Positions 17,626-26,996 of a stretch of 64,000 nucleotides of DNA are shown here, piece after piece. Position numbers and translations under genes: made by a program. This DNA is from Candidatus Krumholzibacteriota bacterium. GTDB lineage: Bacteria; Krumholzibacteriota; Krumholzibacteriia; JAJRXK01. Where the stretch lies: positions 24,532-88,531 of the forward strand of contig CAVSGG010000004.1 in the NCBI GenBank assembly GCA_963727455.1. The letters run 5' to 3'. Position 1 is the stretch's first letter; the number at the start of each line of letters is the position of its first letter. A model generated the notes under the pieces. It saw only the letters and a list, made by a program, of their open reading frames with translations, was not told the origin of the DNA and did no database searches.

Positions 17626-18333
17626 TCACTCCACCGAATCGAGTGTGCCAAAGCCGGCTGCGCGCTCCAGAAGCTCGCGAGCTTCTTCCTCTTTTCCTTC
17701 GGCGAGACGAATCTGGGCCAGATGGTAGAGACTGCTTACCTCTCCAACTGCCTCGTCGATGCTCTGTTGAAAAGCCTGCGCGGCCGACTTGCGGTCGTTC
17801 TTGCGCTCGTGGACGATGCCGATGTGATAGCGGGCCATGAGGTACTCCGGAGTGAGCGAAGAGGCGATCTCGTAGTGCTCGAGGGCCGCGTCGATGTCAC
17901 CGGCGTGAAAGAGCGCGATACCTAAACGGTAGTGGGCGGCGTTGTAGTGCGGGTCGATGCTCAGACACTTCTGGAAGGCTCGAATGGCCTCCTTCATGTT
18001 CCCGTGATGGTACCAGGCTACTCCCAGATCGTAGATGCACTGAAGAAAATGAGGCGCCTTCCTCAGGGCGCAACGATAGCACTGGATTGCTTTTTCCAGG
18101 GTGCCCTGATGAAAGTAGAGACTGCCCAGGAGGTGGTTGGCAAGTACATGATCAGGGTTGTCCTCGATCAGGCGCTCCATGGCGCGACGCGCCTCTTTGT
18201 CGTTTCCCTCGCTCTGCTGTTGCAATGCGAAGAGCAGTTTGTGATCGACGTATGCGTCGCGCAGGAACGCCCCACACTCGCTGCAGAAGTTGTCCTGACC
18301 TCCGCCCACATGACCGCAACGTGTACACCGCAT
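17626..18333 (-). CDS. Zinc-ribbon plus TPR protein
   Basis: CTRC...CSEC, then several TPR repeats; RBS AAGGAG. Confidence 0.85.
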   Translation of the reverse strand: MRCTRCGHVGGGQDNFCSECGAFLRDAYVDHKLLFALQQQSEGNDKEARRAMERLIEDNPDHVLANHLLGSLYFHQGTLEKAIQCYRCALRKAPHFLQCIYDLGVAWYHHGNMKEAIRAFQKCLSIDPHYNAAHYRLGIALFHAGDIDAALEHYEIASSLTPEYLMARYHIGIVHERKNDRKSAAQAFQQSIDEAVGEVSSLYHLAQIRLAEGKEEEARELLERAAGFGTLDSVE

Positions 18334-18476
18334 TTGATTCTCCTTGTAGGGGCGAGCCCCTGCCTCGACTTCGAATTCACGACAATATAGCGACCCTATC
18401 GGAAAACCGACCACATTGGCGGCGATTTCTCGGAAGAGCTGAAACCAGCGATCTCCTTCCGTATCGCCGCGGGGTC

Positions 18477-19259
18477 CTAGAAATACTGACCGCCGTCGAC
18501 GCGCAGGATCTGGCCCGTGACGTGGGCGCCTCCGTCTCCGAGCAGAAAATGCACGGCGCGGGCGATGTCGACGGGCTCGGCAAGCCGCCCCAGCAGTACC
18601 TCCCGCAGCGCCTCCTCCTTGACGCTCTCGGGAAGATCACGCGTCATGCTAGTGTTGACCATCCCGGGTTCCACCACGTTCACGCGGATATGAAACCGCG
18701 CGCACTCTCGCGCCGCGCTCTTGGCCAGTCCGAGCAGGCCCGCTTTGCTCGCCGCATACGCGGTCTGTCCAAATTTTCCGCGCGAACCGTTGATGGATCC
18801 GATGAGGACGATACTGCCGCGTTCGGCTCGCCGCATGACAGGCACCGAGTGTCTGAGCAAGAGAAAGGCGCTCTTCAGATTGACTCTGTGTACCGTGTCC
18901 CAATCGTCTTCGGAGAGTTTCCAGAGCACTCCATCGCGAGCGATGCCCGCCGCATGCACGATGAAATCCAGGCGGCCGTACTCTTGCACGGTGGAAAGAA
19001 CCGCGCGTTCAACGTCATGGTCAACGCTCACGTCTCCCTTCATCCAATCGAGCCTGGAGTCGGGAGGATCCAGCAGGTCGAAACCCACTACGCGCGCGCC
19101 ATGGCCGAGAAGCTCGGCCATGATGGCCTTGCCGATTCCTCCGGCCGCGCCGCTCACGATCGCGACCCGACCCTCCATCTCCCGGGAATAGGCGGGGGAA
19201 AAATGGGCCTCGCGAATTTTGGGGGATGAAGGAGAGTTCGAAGACCTGGCCGCGTGCAT
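18477..19259 (-). CDS. SDR oxidoreductase (FabG/PhaB-like); start uncertain
   Basis: GAAGGIG, SINGSRGKFGQTAYAASK. Confidence 0.85.
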   Translation of the reverse strand: MHAARSSNSPSSPKIREAHFSPAYSREMEGRVAIVSGAAGGIGKAIMAELLGHGARVVGFDLLDPPDSRLDWMKGDVSVDHDVERAVLSTVQEYGRLDFIVHAAGIARDGVLWKLSEDDWDTVHRVNLKSAFLLLRHSVPVMRRAERGSIVLIGSINGSRGKFGQTAYAASKAGLLGLAKSAARECARFHIRVNVVEPGMVNTSMTRDLPESVKEEALREVLLGRLAEPVDIARAVHFLLGDGGAHVTGQILRVDGGQYF

Positions 19260-19288
19260 GCTTCCCCCGAGTTCGATGGAGCAGTGGA

Positions 19289-20203
19289 TCAATCCAGGCG
19301 TTCGCCGCCCGGAGCGTTTGCCGCGCGCTCACGCTGAAGTAGAACACGGTGCCGATAACCGCTCCACAGGGCGGCACCAAGCGCTCCGGCGTGCATCGAA
19401 AGTTCGTGCGTGTGAAAACTCATGGGCAGATCGTCCTCGGCTGCTTTCTCCCGCATCGCCTCCACCAAGCCGGCGTCCGCCGACAGGCCGCCGGTTATCA
19501 CGATCTTGCCCTCTCCCCCGATTGCGCGCAAGAGTTTGACGTAGCGGCCGGCCATGGAGAGGTGGATACCCTTCAGGATATCCTCGGTCTTGATGCCGCT
19601 GCTGACCATATTGATGACGTCGGTCTCCGCCAATACCGCGCACACACTACTCACCGATTCGGGCGTACTCGCGCGCTGCGACAGCTCTCCCACCTCATCG
19701 AGGGTGACGCCCAAATAACGCGCCACGTTTTCCAGGAACTGTCCCGAACCGGACGCGCACTGGCTCGTCATGCGGTTGGCGAGGACGCGGCTTTGGCTGT
19801 CGACCCGCATGGCGCGCGCGTGGAGGGAACCTAAATCCAAGACTGCCTTTGCTCCGGGAAACAGGAAGGTCGCACCGCGGGCGTGAGTGGTCATGCCGTA
19901 GAAGTGTCCGCGGCGGAACTCCACCAGCTCCCCTTCGCCAGTGCTGGCGACGTAGGCCACCTCCGCCGGGCCCAGCCCTGCCTCATCCAGGGCCATCGTC
20001 CAACTCTGATCCACCACCTCGCGAAGGTCCCGGCGGCGGATGCGATCGTGGCGGTAGGAGAGAATCTCAACCTCGGACGATCCAAGCGAACGGCTGATCG
20101 ATTCGGGATGTGGGAATGCCACGATCACCGTCTTCACGGAGCTCGTTCCCACGTCCACACCGGCCGTGATGAGAGTGTCAGTTGCGCTTGAACTCGTGGG
20201 CAT
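19289..20203 (-). CDS. bcrD: Benzoyl-CoA reductase subunit D
   Basis: ITAGVDVGTSSVK, ASTGEGE, HFYGMTTHARG, MTSQCASGSGQFLEN, CAVLAETDVINM. Confidence 0.92.
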   Translation of the reverse strand: MPTSSSATDTLITAGVDVGTSSVKTVIVAFPHPESISRSLGSSEVEILSYRHDRIRRRDLREVVDQSWTMALDEAGLGPAEVAYVASTGEGELVEFRRGHFYGMTTHARGATFLFPGAKAVLDLGSLHARAMRVDSQSRVLANRMTSQCASGSGQFLENVARYLGVTLDEVGELSQRASTPESVSSVCAVLAETDVINMVSSGIKTEDILKGIHLSMAGRYVKLLRAIGGEGKIVITGGLSADAGLVEAMREKAAEDDLPMSFHTHELSMHAGALGAALWSGYRHRVLLQRERAANAPGGERLD

Positions 20204-21533
20204 CACGTCCCCCCTTCTTCGCGAAGAGCGCGGCACCGAGGGCGCCAGTGTAGATGGAGTCGGGTGAAATGTTGATCGTGCGCTCGCCGTAGTTCTCCGC
20301 GATGAGGCGCTCCACGGCGGCGACCGCGGCGGGATTGCGCGCGACACCGCCGGTAAAGGTAAACTCGTCGTCGACGCCTCCCGAGCGAGCGAGCAGAGAC
20401 ATTGCTCGCAGAATGATGGCCCGGTGGAGGCCGGCGAGAATGTCCTCGCGACGCTGCCCCATCGACAGCCGATCGCGAAGCTCCGCCCCGGCGAACACGG
20501 TGCAGGTGCTGCTGATCTTCACCTTCTTGCGAGCTTGCTGCGCGAGGGGTCCCAGCTCGTGGAGGCCCAAGTTCATTTCGTCCGCGATGTAACCCAGGTA
20601 GCGACCGCAGCCGGCGGCGCAGCGATCGTTCATCTGAAAGCTGGTTACGATACCGTTTTCGTCGACCTGGATGGCTTTTGTGTCCTGGCCCCCGATGTCG
20701 AGCACGGTTGCGGTCCCGGGAAACATTTCGTGCGCGCCCAGTCCGTGGCAGAGAATTTCGCTGCGAATCTGCTCGCGAGGGAAGGGAAGGCGCGCGCGCC
20801 CGTAGCCGGTGCCAACGGTCGCGATCTCTTCGAGTTGCGCTTGAGCCCCTTCGCTCACGCACGCACGCAGCTCGGTCTCGATGCGAGGAGTCCACGAGGG
20901 ATCCTCGGCCAGGCGCGATACGGTCGATGCGAGAGCGGATTGGATGTTCTCGATGAAGCCGGTTTTGCCGGCGGTGTTTTCCACCGGCAGAATGGCGGCG
21001 TCGTACAGGCCGCAGAGCTCCTCGAAGCCGATGCCGTTCTTGGAGGCGTGGTCTTCGGCGAGCTTCATGTATTCCGCGCCCGCGAGATCGCGAAAGAAGT
21101 CACTCTTTCTCTCATGGCCCGGCACGAAGGCCTCTTTCATGCGCACGGCCATTTCGTCGACGATCAAGTCCACCAGTCTCTCGAGCTCACTCTGGCGATT
21201 CTCGTAGCGCGAGGAGCTTGCGGCGCGATGTAACTCCGTTTGCAGTCGTCCCAGCTGCTCGAGGTACTGTTGGAAGCGAAAGCTCAGTTCGAGGACGGGA
21301 AGGACCTTGTCCGTGACCTGCACGAGGGTCTCGTGGTCTCGCACGAACGAGCGCAGCAGCGAGAACCGCGCCTGAACGATGGCCTCCGAACGGGCAATCG
21401 CCGCGGCCACGTCATAATTGCTGCGGCTGTTGGTGATTCCCTTTCCCAGAACCCGCTGATTCTGGTCCAGAATAACGGCCTTGGTGGTCGTTGAACCCAG
21501 ATCGATCCCCACGTAGATCTTCCAGCTCTTCAT
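20178..21533 (-). CDS. bcrA: Benzoyl-CoA reductase subunit A
   Basis: VGIDLGSTTTKAV, ITNSRSNYD, GTGYGR, SEILCHG, MNDRCAAGCGRYL. Confidence 0.93.
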   Translation of the reverse strand: MKSWKIYVGIDLGSTTTKAVILDQNQRVLGKGITNSRSNYDVAAAIARSEAIVQARFSLLRSFVRDHETLVQVTDKVLPVLELSFRFQQYLEQLGRLQTELHRAASSSRYENRQSELERLVDLIVDEMAVRMKEAFVPGHERKSDFFRDLAGAEYMKLAEDHASKNGIGFEELCGLYDAAILPVENTAGKTGFIENIQSALASTVSRLAEDPSWTPRIETELRACVSEGAQAQLEEIATVGTGYGRARLPFPREQIRSEILCHGLGAHEMFPGTATVLDIGGQDTKAIQVDENGIVTSFQMNDRCAAGCGRYLGYIADEMNLGLHELGPLAQQARKKVKISSTCTVFAGAELRDRLSMGQRREDILAGLHRAIILRAMSLLARSGGVDDEFTFTGGVARNPAAVAAVERLIAENYGERTINISPDSIYTGALGAALFAKKGGRDAHEFKRN

Positions 21534-22837
21534 GCGCGCGCCTCCGTGCGTCCCTTTTGCTCGAGCATTTGCAGATAGCTCTCGATGCGGTTTTTGATGT
21601 TCGCGGAGGAGAAATAGCGGGGGTCCACCAGGTCGCTCTCGATGAAGCCGCCGGGCACGCCGGTGCGTTCCTCGATCTGACGCAGAATCAAAAGTTGACC
21701 TGCACTGAAGGAATTGCAGCTCTTCACGCTGTTGATCAAGAAGCCGTGCGCGTTGTATTCGCGCACGTAGGAGGCCAGAAGGTCCACCCGGGAAGGCAGA
21801 CCCAAGTTGGTGTAACAGCCCAGGCAGTACTCGGCCAAGCTCTGAAGGGGCCGACTTGGATCGTGGCGAAAGCCCCGGTCGTAAAGTCCGCCCACCTTGG
21901 TGTAGGAGCTTGCGACCACGACCGCGCCCTCGTCGTAGAACATCTTCCAGAACGCGCGGAAACTCGTCCAGTTGGGCGGACCTTCCACCACCAAGCGGAA
22001 GCGCTCGTTCTTCGCCTCGCCCTCGGGGGTGACCGGCCCCTGCTTGCGGCGCAGTCGCTCCTCGATCTCGCGCCGCAGGGCGGCGTAGTAGTCGACCGCC
22101 TCCGGTGTGCCACGGAAGGCAGTGAACATGGGACCAATGTAATAGACGCCACCAAAATAGGCGTCGATCGGGGAGGGGACGTTCTTGGCGCTCTCGAGTA
22201 CCCACACCAGATCGTCCTCCGCCCGGGCGGAGAGTTCGAGCATCTCTGCAAGGCGGCCTTCGTCGAACTTCTTGCCGCTGATCTTCTCGAGCTTGGGAAT
22301 GACCTCGGTTTTCAGCTGATCGACCACGTACTCGATCTGATGTTCCTGGATCGTGCCGTTGGATTGATAGGGAACGTGTAGCATGCTGGTCGGTGCGCCA
22401 TACTCCTCGCGCAGAAGTTCGAACCACTTCATGAAGGTGAAGCAGCCGGTGTAGGAGAGGAGCAAGAGGTCGGGGTCGGGCAGCTGCGTTCCCGTGGGCG
22501 AGATGTTGCCCTTCTTCAGCATGCCCAGATCGCACTTCACGTAGGTGCAGACGTCTTCGGAGTGCCCGGCCTTCTCGGCTTCGGCGATGTAGCCGGCGGA
22601 GAGACCGCGCATCCCGGACTGGAGGGCATTGATTTCCGGCAGCACGGGCAGAAGATCGAAGGAGCGGATGAGCTCGGTCAGATTGCCCGGAACGAAGGTG
22701 TACACCGACTTGCGGCCCTCTGCTTTGGAGTTCTGCAGGGCAAGATAATGATCGGCGATCATCTTCTTCTGCAGATCCATGCTGAGGTCTTTTTGAACCG
22801 CGGCGCCGCTTGGCCGCTTGGTATCCGCCATCGTCAT
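21530..22837 (-). CDS. bcrB: Benzoyl-CoA reductase subunit B
   Basis: TFVPGNL, GHSEDVCTYVK, YTGCFTFMKWFE, YCLGCYTN, KSCNSFSAG, ESDLVDPRYF. Confidence 0.93.
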   Translation of the reverse strand: MTMADTKRPSGAAVQKDLSMDLQKKMIADHYLALQNSKAEGRKSVYTFVPGNLTELIRSFDLLPVLPEINALQSGMRGLSAGYIAEAEKAGHSEDVCTYVKCDLGMLKKGNISPTGTQLPDPDLLLLSYTGCFTFMKWFELLREEYGAPTSMLHVPYQSNGTIQEHQIEYVVDQLKTEVIPKLEKISGKKFDEGRLAEMLELSARAEDDLVWVLESAKNVPSPIDAYFGGVYYIGPMFTAFRGTPEAVDYYAALRREIEERLRRKQGPVTPEGEAKNERFRLVVEGPPNWTSFRAFWKMFYDEGAVVVASSYTKVGGLYDRGFRHDPSRPLQSLAEYCLGCYTNLGLPSRVDLLASYVREYNAHGFLINSVKSCNSFSAGQLLILRQIEERTGVPGGFIESDLVDPRYFSSANIKNRIESYLQMLEQKGRTEARA

Positions 22838-24012
22838 ACTCCCTTCTCGTTCCACAGACGGATGGAATCGGCGAAGGTCCCGGTCTGCTCGCGAATGACC
22901 GCGAATTGGCCCATGTCTTCGGAGTACTTGAACTGGGTGTAGGGAATGCCCTCGCGCTCGAGAGCGGCCGCGAGCATGGGTTGGTCGAGAAGGGCGGGAT
23001 CGCAGAAGCTGGGTGCGGCGAGGATCACCCCTTCGGCCATGTTAACGCGCACCGAATTCACCAGCGAGCGGCCCTTGTCGCCCTCTGGTTCGTAGCGCGA
23101 GGCGGTGGAAGCGCTGTGCTCCAGATACGAGTCCACCAGATTCTGCATTGGATCCCCTTCCACGGGGACCTCTTCGGTGAGCCAACGCAGCCCCAAGAGC
23201 ATGTCATCATCCACGATGAAGCAACCGGCGAGTTCGAGCGTCTTGAGCAGGCCGATCGGGGGCTGTTCACAGAAAGTCCCCACCACGACCACGCGACTCA
23301 AATCCATCTCCACGCGCTCGCTTTCCTGTCGAGCAAGTTCGCGATAAGCGCGCAGGAGAAGCGTGTGCTCCTCGGGGGGGAGTACATTGCCCGCGCGCAC
23401 GACCGGATACATCTCGTAGCTGGGATACAGCCAGGGCTCCTTGCTGCGCGCCGCGTAGAGCGCGGCGAGCTCGCGCCGGTTCTCGTTGTAGACCTCGATG
23501 CTGGCACGCAGCGCCTCGTCGCGAATGGTTTGCCCCGCCAATTCTTCGAGTTCGCGCTTCAGCTCTTCTAGTTCGTGACGCCAGAACAGCCCACCTACCC
23601 CAGGAGCGAAATTCTGGGGCACGTCGACATAGCGCACGTAGCGCTCGGGAAACAGCAGCTTCCACATTCCCGAGAGATTTCGGATCACATCGCAGATGGA
23701 GGGGAAGAGCATGCCGTCCAGACAATCGAGGCGCCCGCTCAGGGCGAGTTCGATGGTAGACCGCGGAATGTGACAGATGTAACTCTGGAAGAAGGCATCG
23801 CCGCGAATGATTTCGAGATCCTCGCCTCCGCCCATGATTCCCACGGGCAGCATTCCGGCCGCATGAATGATCTCGCGCGGCACGTAGATCGGAAGATGGC
23901 CGATGGCCTTCGCGCCGGGATGTTCTTCCTTCCACTGATGGACCGATGTGAGAGCCAGATCCTCGTGCAGTCCCGCGGTACGCTTTACGAGTTTGGCCAA
24001 TTCCCGGTTCAC
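22834..24012 (-). CDS. bcrD: Benzoyl-CoA reductase subunit C
   Basis: IYVPREIIHAAG, GDAFFQSYICHIPRS, ICDVIRNLSG, PSFCDPALL, EQTGTFADSIRL; GTGA overlap with dch. Correct symbol is bcrC. Confidence 0.
   Translation of the reverse strand: MNRELAKLVKRTAGLHEDLALTSVHQWKEEHPGAKAIGHLPIYVPREIIHAAGMLPVGIMGGGEDLEIIRGDAFFQSYICHIPRSTIELALSGRLDCLDGMLFPSICDVIRNLSGMWKLLFPERYVRYVDVPQNFAPGVGGLFWRHELEELKRELEELAGQTIRDEALRASIEVYNENRRELAALYAARSKEPWLYPSYEMYPVVRAGNVLPPEEHTLLLRAYRELARQESERVEMDLSRVVVVGTFCEQPPIGLLKTLELAGCFIVDDDMLLGLRWLTEEVPVEGDPMQNLVDSYLEHSASTASRYEPEGDKGRSLVNSVRVNMAEGVILAAPSFCDPALLDQPMLAAALEREGIPYTQFKYSEDMGQFAVIREQTGTFADSIRLWNEKGV
22834..24012 (-). CDS. bcrC: Benzoyl-CoA reductase subunit C
   Basis: IYVPREIIHAAG, GDAFFQSYICHIPRS, ICDVIRNLSG, PSFCDPALL, EQTGTFADSIRL; GTGA overlap with dch. 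Confidence 0.93.
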   Translation of the reverse strand: MNRELAKLVKRTAGLHEDLALTSVHQWKEEHPGAKAIGHLPIYVPREIIHAAGMLPVGIMGGGEDLEIIRGDAFFQSYICHIPRSTIELALSGRLDCLDGMLFPSICDVIRNLSGMWKLLFPERYVRYVDVPQNFAPGVGGLFWRHELEELKRELEELAGQTIRDEALRASIEVYNENRRELAALYAARSKEPWLYPSYEMYPVVRAGNVLPPEEHTLLLRAYRELARQESERVEMDLSRVVVVGTFCEQPPIGLLKTLELAGCFIVDDDMLLGLRWLTEEVPVEGDPMQNLVDSYLEHSASTASRYEPEGDKGRSLVNSVRVNMAEGVILAAPSFCDPALLDQPMLAAALEREGIPYTQFKYSEDMGQFAVIREQTGTFADSIRLWNEKGV

Positions 24013-24806
24013 AGCTTCATTCCTTGATCGTCGTTCCATCGCGGTGCTCGTTTTTCCAGGAAGGCGCGAATGCCCTCCTCCGCATCGGGCTGATCCATCA
24101 GTTCCTCGAGGTAGAGATGTTCGAGTTCCGGAAGGTCCTCGTGCACTGCGGTCAGGAGCGCGCGGCGCGAAGCCTTGCTCGCGTAACGGAGCGCGGGCGC
24201 CGAGCGCGGCAGAAACTCGTTCTCGAGCAGGGTCGAGAGGGAGGCGTCGAGCTCACCGTCCGGTGCGAGCCGAGCGACCAGTCCCGATTTCTGCGCCTCG
24301 CTTCCCGTGAGGCTGCGTCCGGTGAGTACCAATTCGAGAGCCCGGCTGGCCCCGATACGGACCGGGAGCAGTGCTGCGCCGGCGGGGGGAAAGACTCCCA
24401 ACTTGATTTCGGGGAGCCCCAGGCTGGCGCTCTCTTCGGCCATGAGGAGATCACAGCCCAGTGCGAGTTCCAGGCCGCCGCCCAGACACTGTCCGCGCAC
24501 GGCGGCGATGGTGGGCGCGCAGCTGGTGAGAAGCGCGCTCAAGAGGGTTCGCAGGCGATTGAGGGCCTCGCCGATCTGAGCGGGCAAGTGCTCCTCCACG
24601 CTGGCCCCGAAGCTGAAGTGGGGACCGCTAGCTCGGACCACGATGGCTCGCAGTGACCTGTGCTCACGGAGAGACCTGAGGGCGCTCGTGAGTTCCTCCG
24701 TCATGGTCTGATCCAGCACGTTCGCTTTGGGGCTGTTGAGCCAGAGGCTCGCGACTCGGTCGTCGTTCGAGAACTCGACTCTCACTTTCTTCAGTTCCAC
24801 GCTCAT
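24009..24806 (-). CDS. dch: Cyclohexa-1,5-diene-1-carbonyl-CoA hydratase
   Basis: Crotonase fold: PKANVLD, HFSFGASVEEH, CLGGGLE, PEIKLGVF; operon context. Confidence 0.9.
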   Translation of the reverse strand: MSVELKKVRVEFSNDDRVASLWLNSPKANVLDQTMTEELTSALRSLREHRSLRAIVVRASGPHFSFGASVEEHLPAQIGEALNRLRTLLSALLTSCAPTIAAVRGQCLGGGLELALGCDLLMAEESASLGLPEIKLGVFPPAGAALLPVRIGASRALELVLTGRSLTGSEAQKSGLVARLAPDGELDASLSTLLENEFLPRSAPALRYASKASRRALLTAVHEDLPELEHLYLEELMDQPDAEEGIRAFLEKRAPRWNDDQGMKL

Positions 24807-25897
24807 CCCTCCTCGATCCACGGCGCGACCTCGCGCATCAGAGGCTCGCCCCAGCGGGCACCCTCGGCGAGCCGGCGACGCAGGAGGGGGAAGTCGGCCT
24901 CACGCTGATCTCGTGTTCCGTAATGGAAGGCCCGGAAGCCGCAACTGGCTTCGGTCATCATGTTTAAACTCAGCCAGGCGCGATTGGTTTCCTTGTTGGA
25001 GTTCCAGTGTTCCAACTTGTGTTTCCGTAGACTCTCGATGGTCTTGGTAAGGCAGTCGGGCATGGTATACAGGAGGTCCGTGCACAGAGCCTCGATGAGT
25101 TCGTCGAGCTTGCTGAGATTCACTTCGCCCTTGGCGAGGAGTTCCTTTCCCTTCGTGCGTTCGTTTCCCGTCTTGAATTCGCCGTGCACGATGCGGCCGA
25201 ACTCGTCCAGGTAACGGTCCGTGATCACCAGAGGGTTGGCCACGAACTCACCGTCGACGAGCAGGGCGGGCGCGATGTCGGTGAGTCCGCCCAAACGATA
25301 GAATCGGTGCGCACTCCACGGACGGCACAGAGTTCCGCTCATCATCGCGCTTTCCATGCCCACGAAGAGCGGCAAGAAATCGGTGCTCCCGCCGTCGGGG
25401 GCGGAGCCGTGCTTGGGGCCGGCCTGACTGAATACGGCAAGGTCGCTGGCGACGGTAAAATCACAGGCCATGCCGATCTCTTGTCCCCCACCCACTCGCA
25501 TCCCGTTGGCCCGGCAGATGACGGGCTTGTCGCAGTACAGAATGGCGCTGACCATGTCGTTGAAGAGGCGCATGTACTGCCGATATTCGCCGGGAGCGTT
25601 GGCATAGACTTCGGCGTACTCGCGCGTATTTCCGCCCGAGCAGAAGGCGCGCTTCCCCACTCCGGTGAAGATCACCGCGACCGCCGCGCGGTCATTGCTT
25701 GCGGCACGAAAGGCGAGAATGATCTCCTTAATGCTGTCGGTGGTGTAAGAATTCAGTTCCTCGGGATTGTTGAGCGAGATCCATACGTTGTGGAGTCCCT
25801 GTGCCGGCTTTCCTTCGCGGCTTAGAACCGGTTTGTGTTCATAGAGGATGTGCCTGGGCTGGAAACTCTCGATGAGATTGTGGTCGTTCATGGTCAT
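24803..25897 (-). CDS. oah: 6-oxocyclohex-1-ene-1-carbonyl-CoA hydrolase
   Basis: NSYTT, FCSGGNTREYAE, YMRLFNDMV, QAGPKHGSAPDGGSTDFL, WLSLNMMTE. Confidence 0.92.
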   Translation of the reverse strand: MTMNDHNLIESFQPRHILYEHKPVLSREGKPAQGLHNVWISLNNPEELNSYTTDSIKEIILAFRAASNDRAAVAVIFTGVGKRAFCSGGNTREYAEVYANAPGEYRQYMRLFNDMVSAILYCDKPVICRANGMRVGGGQEIGMACDFTVASDLAVFSQAGPKHGSAPDGGSTDFLPLFVGMESAMMSGTLCRPWSAHRFYRLGGLTDIAPALLVDGEFVANPLVITDRYLDEFGRIVHGEFKTGNERTKGKELLAKGEVNLSKLDELIEALCTDLLYTMPDCLTKTIESLRKHKLEHWNSNKETNRAWLSLNMMTEASCGFRAFHYGTRDQREADFPLLRRRLAEGARWGEPLMREVAPWIEEG

Positions 25898-25913
25898 CCT
25901 TCTCCTGCAGAGG

Positions 25914-26981
25914 TCAGGGCACCAAAATGGGGCGCTTCTGGATGCGGTGGTGCGCTACTTCGTTCATCACTTCCGCCGCTTCGTCGAGTGGGTAGGTCTG
26001 CACGAAGTCAGCGAGGTCGATCTTCCCCGAAAGAACCAGGTCGAGCGCCTCGGGATACCACCTGGGCGGGCAACCCCAATTCCCGCGCGCGGTGGCGTCC
26101 AGGGCCATGAGCTTACTCAGGTGTAGGCTGGCCTTCTCGGGGGTGAACCCGACCACGGCCAGATAACCGCCGAAGTCGAGCAAGTTGAAGGCGGTCTCCT
26201 GTCCGGCGCTGGTGCCACTGGTCTCGAAGATCTTTAGGCCGATGCCACCGCGGTCCTGTGATTTGACGAATTGGCGCACCGTCTTCTTGAGTTCCTTCGG
26301 ATCGTCCGCCGAGGCATCCAACGCGAGGGCGGCTCCGTGCGAGGCGGCCAGCGCGAGGCGGCCTTGATCGACGTCGATTGCCACCACCGCGGCGCCCAAA
26401 GCGGCCGCGATCTGTACTCCGAATCCCCCAACCCCACCCACTCCTACGAAGATCGCAAGGTCATTGGCGGAAAGACCACTGCGGCGAATCGCCTCGTAGG
26501 GAGTGGTGACGGCATCCGCTACCACCGAGAGATGGGAGAGGGGCAGGCCCTGTGGAAGGGACTCGGGAATCGGACACAGGCCGCGCGCGGGAAGTTTGAC
26601 GTGGGTAGCGAAGCCGCCGTGGCCGTCGTTTCCCGGCATGAATTGGTGGCGGCAAATGGTGGGCCGGTCGACCTTGCAGGCCGGACACTCGCCGCAGGGG
26701 ATCACCGCGGGCACGAGGACCCGGCGACCCTCCCATTCCTGCGCGCCCTCGCCGCAGTCGACCACGCGTCCGGCGATCTCATGGCCGAGGATGAGAGGAA
26801 GCGGATGGCGCGGGGGGACTTGGCCAGCCCAGAAGCCCAGGTCGGTGTGGCAGACTCCACAGCCCGCAACCTCGAGGAGGACCTCGTGCGGAGCGCAGGC
26901 GAGCTCGGTCAGGGCCAGTTTCTCTAGCGGCTGTCCGGGGATTTTGACGCTAAACCCATATGCAGCAATAGTTTGTGACAT
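25914..26981 (-). CDS. had: 6-hydroxycyclohex-1-ene-1-carbonyl-CoA dehydrogenase
   Basis: Zn-MDR motifs GCGVCHTDLG, GHEIAG, VIPCGEC..C, MPGND, VVADAVTTPY, GNWGC. Confidence 0.92.
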   Translation of the reverse strand: MSQTIAAYGFSVKIPGQPLEKLALTELACAPHEVLLEVAGCGVCHTDLGFWAGQVPPRHPLPLILGHEIAGRVVDCGEGAQEWEGRRVLVPAVIPCGECPACKVDRPTICRHQFMPGNDGHGGFATHVKLPARGLCPIPESLPQGLPLSHLSVVADAVTTPYEAIRRSGLSANDLAIFVGVGGVGGFGVQIAAALGAAVVAIDVDQGRLALAASHGAALALDASADDPKELKKTVRQFVKSQDRGGIGLKIFETSGTSAGQETAFNLLDFGGYLAVVGFTPEKASLHLSKLMALDATARGNWGCPPRWYPEALDLVLSGKIDLADFVQTYPLDEAAEVMNEVAHHRIQKRPILVP

Positions 26982-26996
26982 GACTCCATTCCCGTC

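Noticed and set aside
20178-22535. 785-aa ORF suggesting an N-terminally extended BcrA
   Set aside because: The upstream part overlaps bcrB in another frame; the real start is the ATG at 21533, overlapping the bcrB stop
22834-24012. Feature entry for this CDS carrying the symbol bcrD (confidence 0)
   Set aside because: Mislabelled duplicate; the motifs and gene order identify it as bcrC, and bcrD is at 19289-20203
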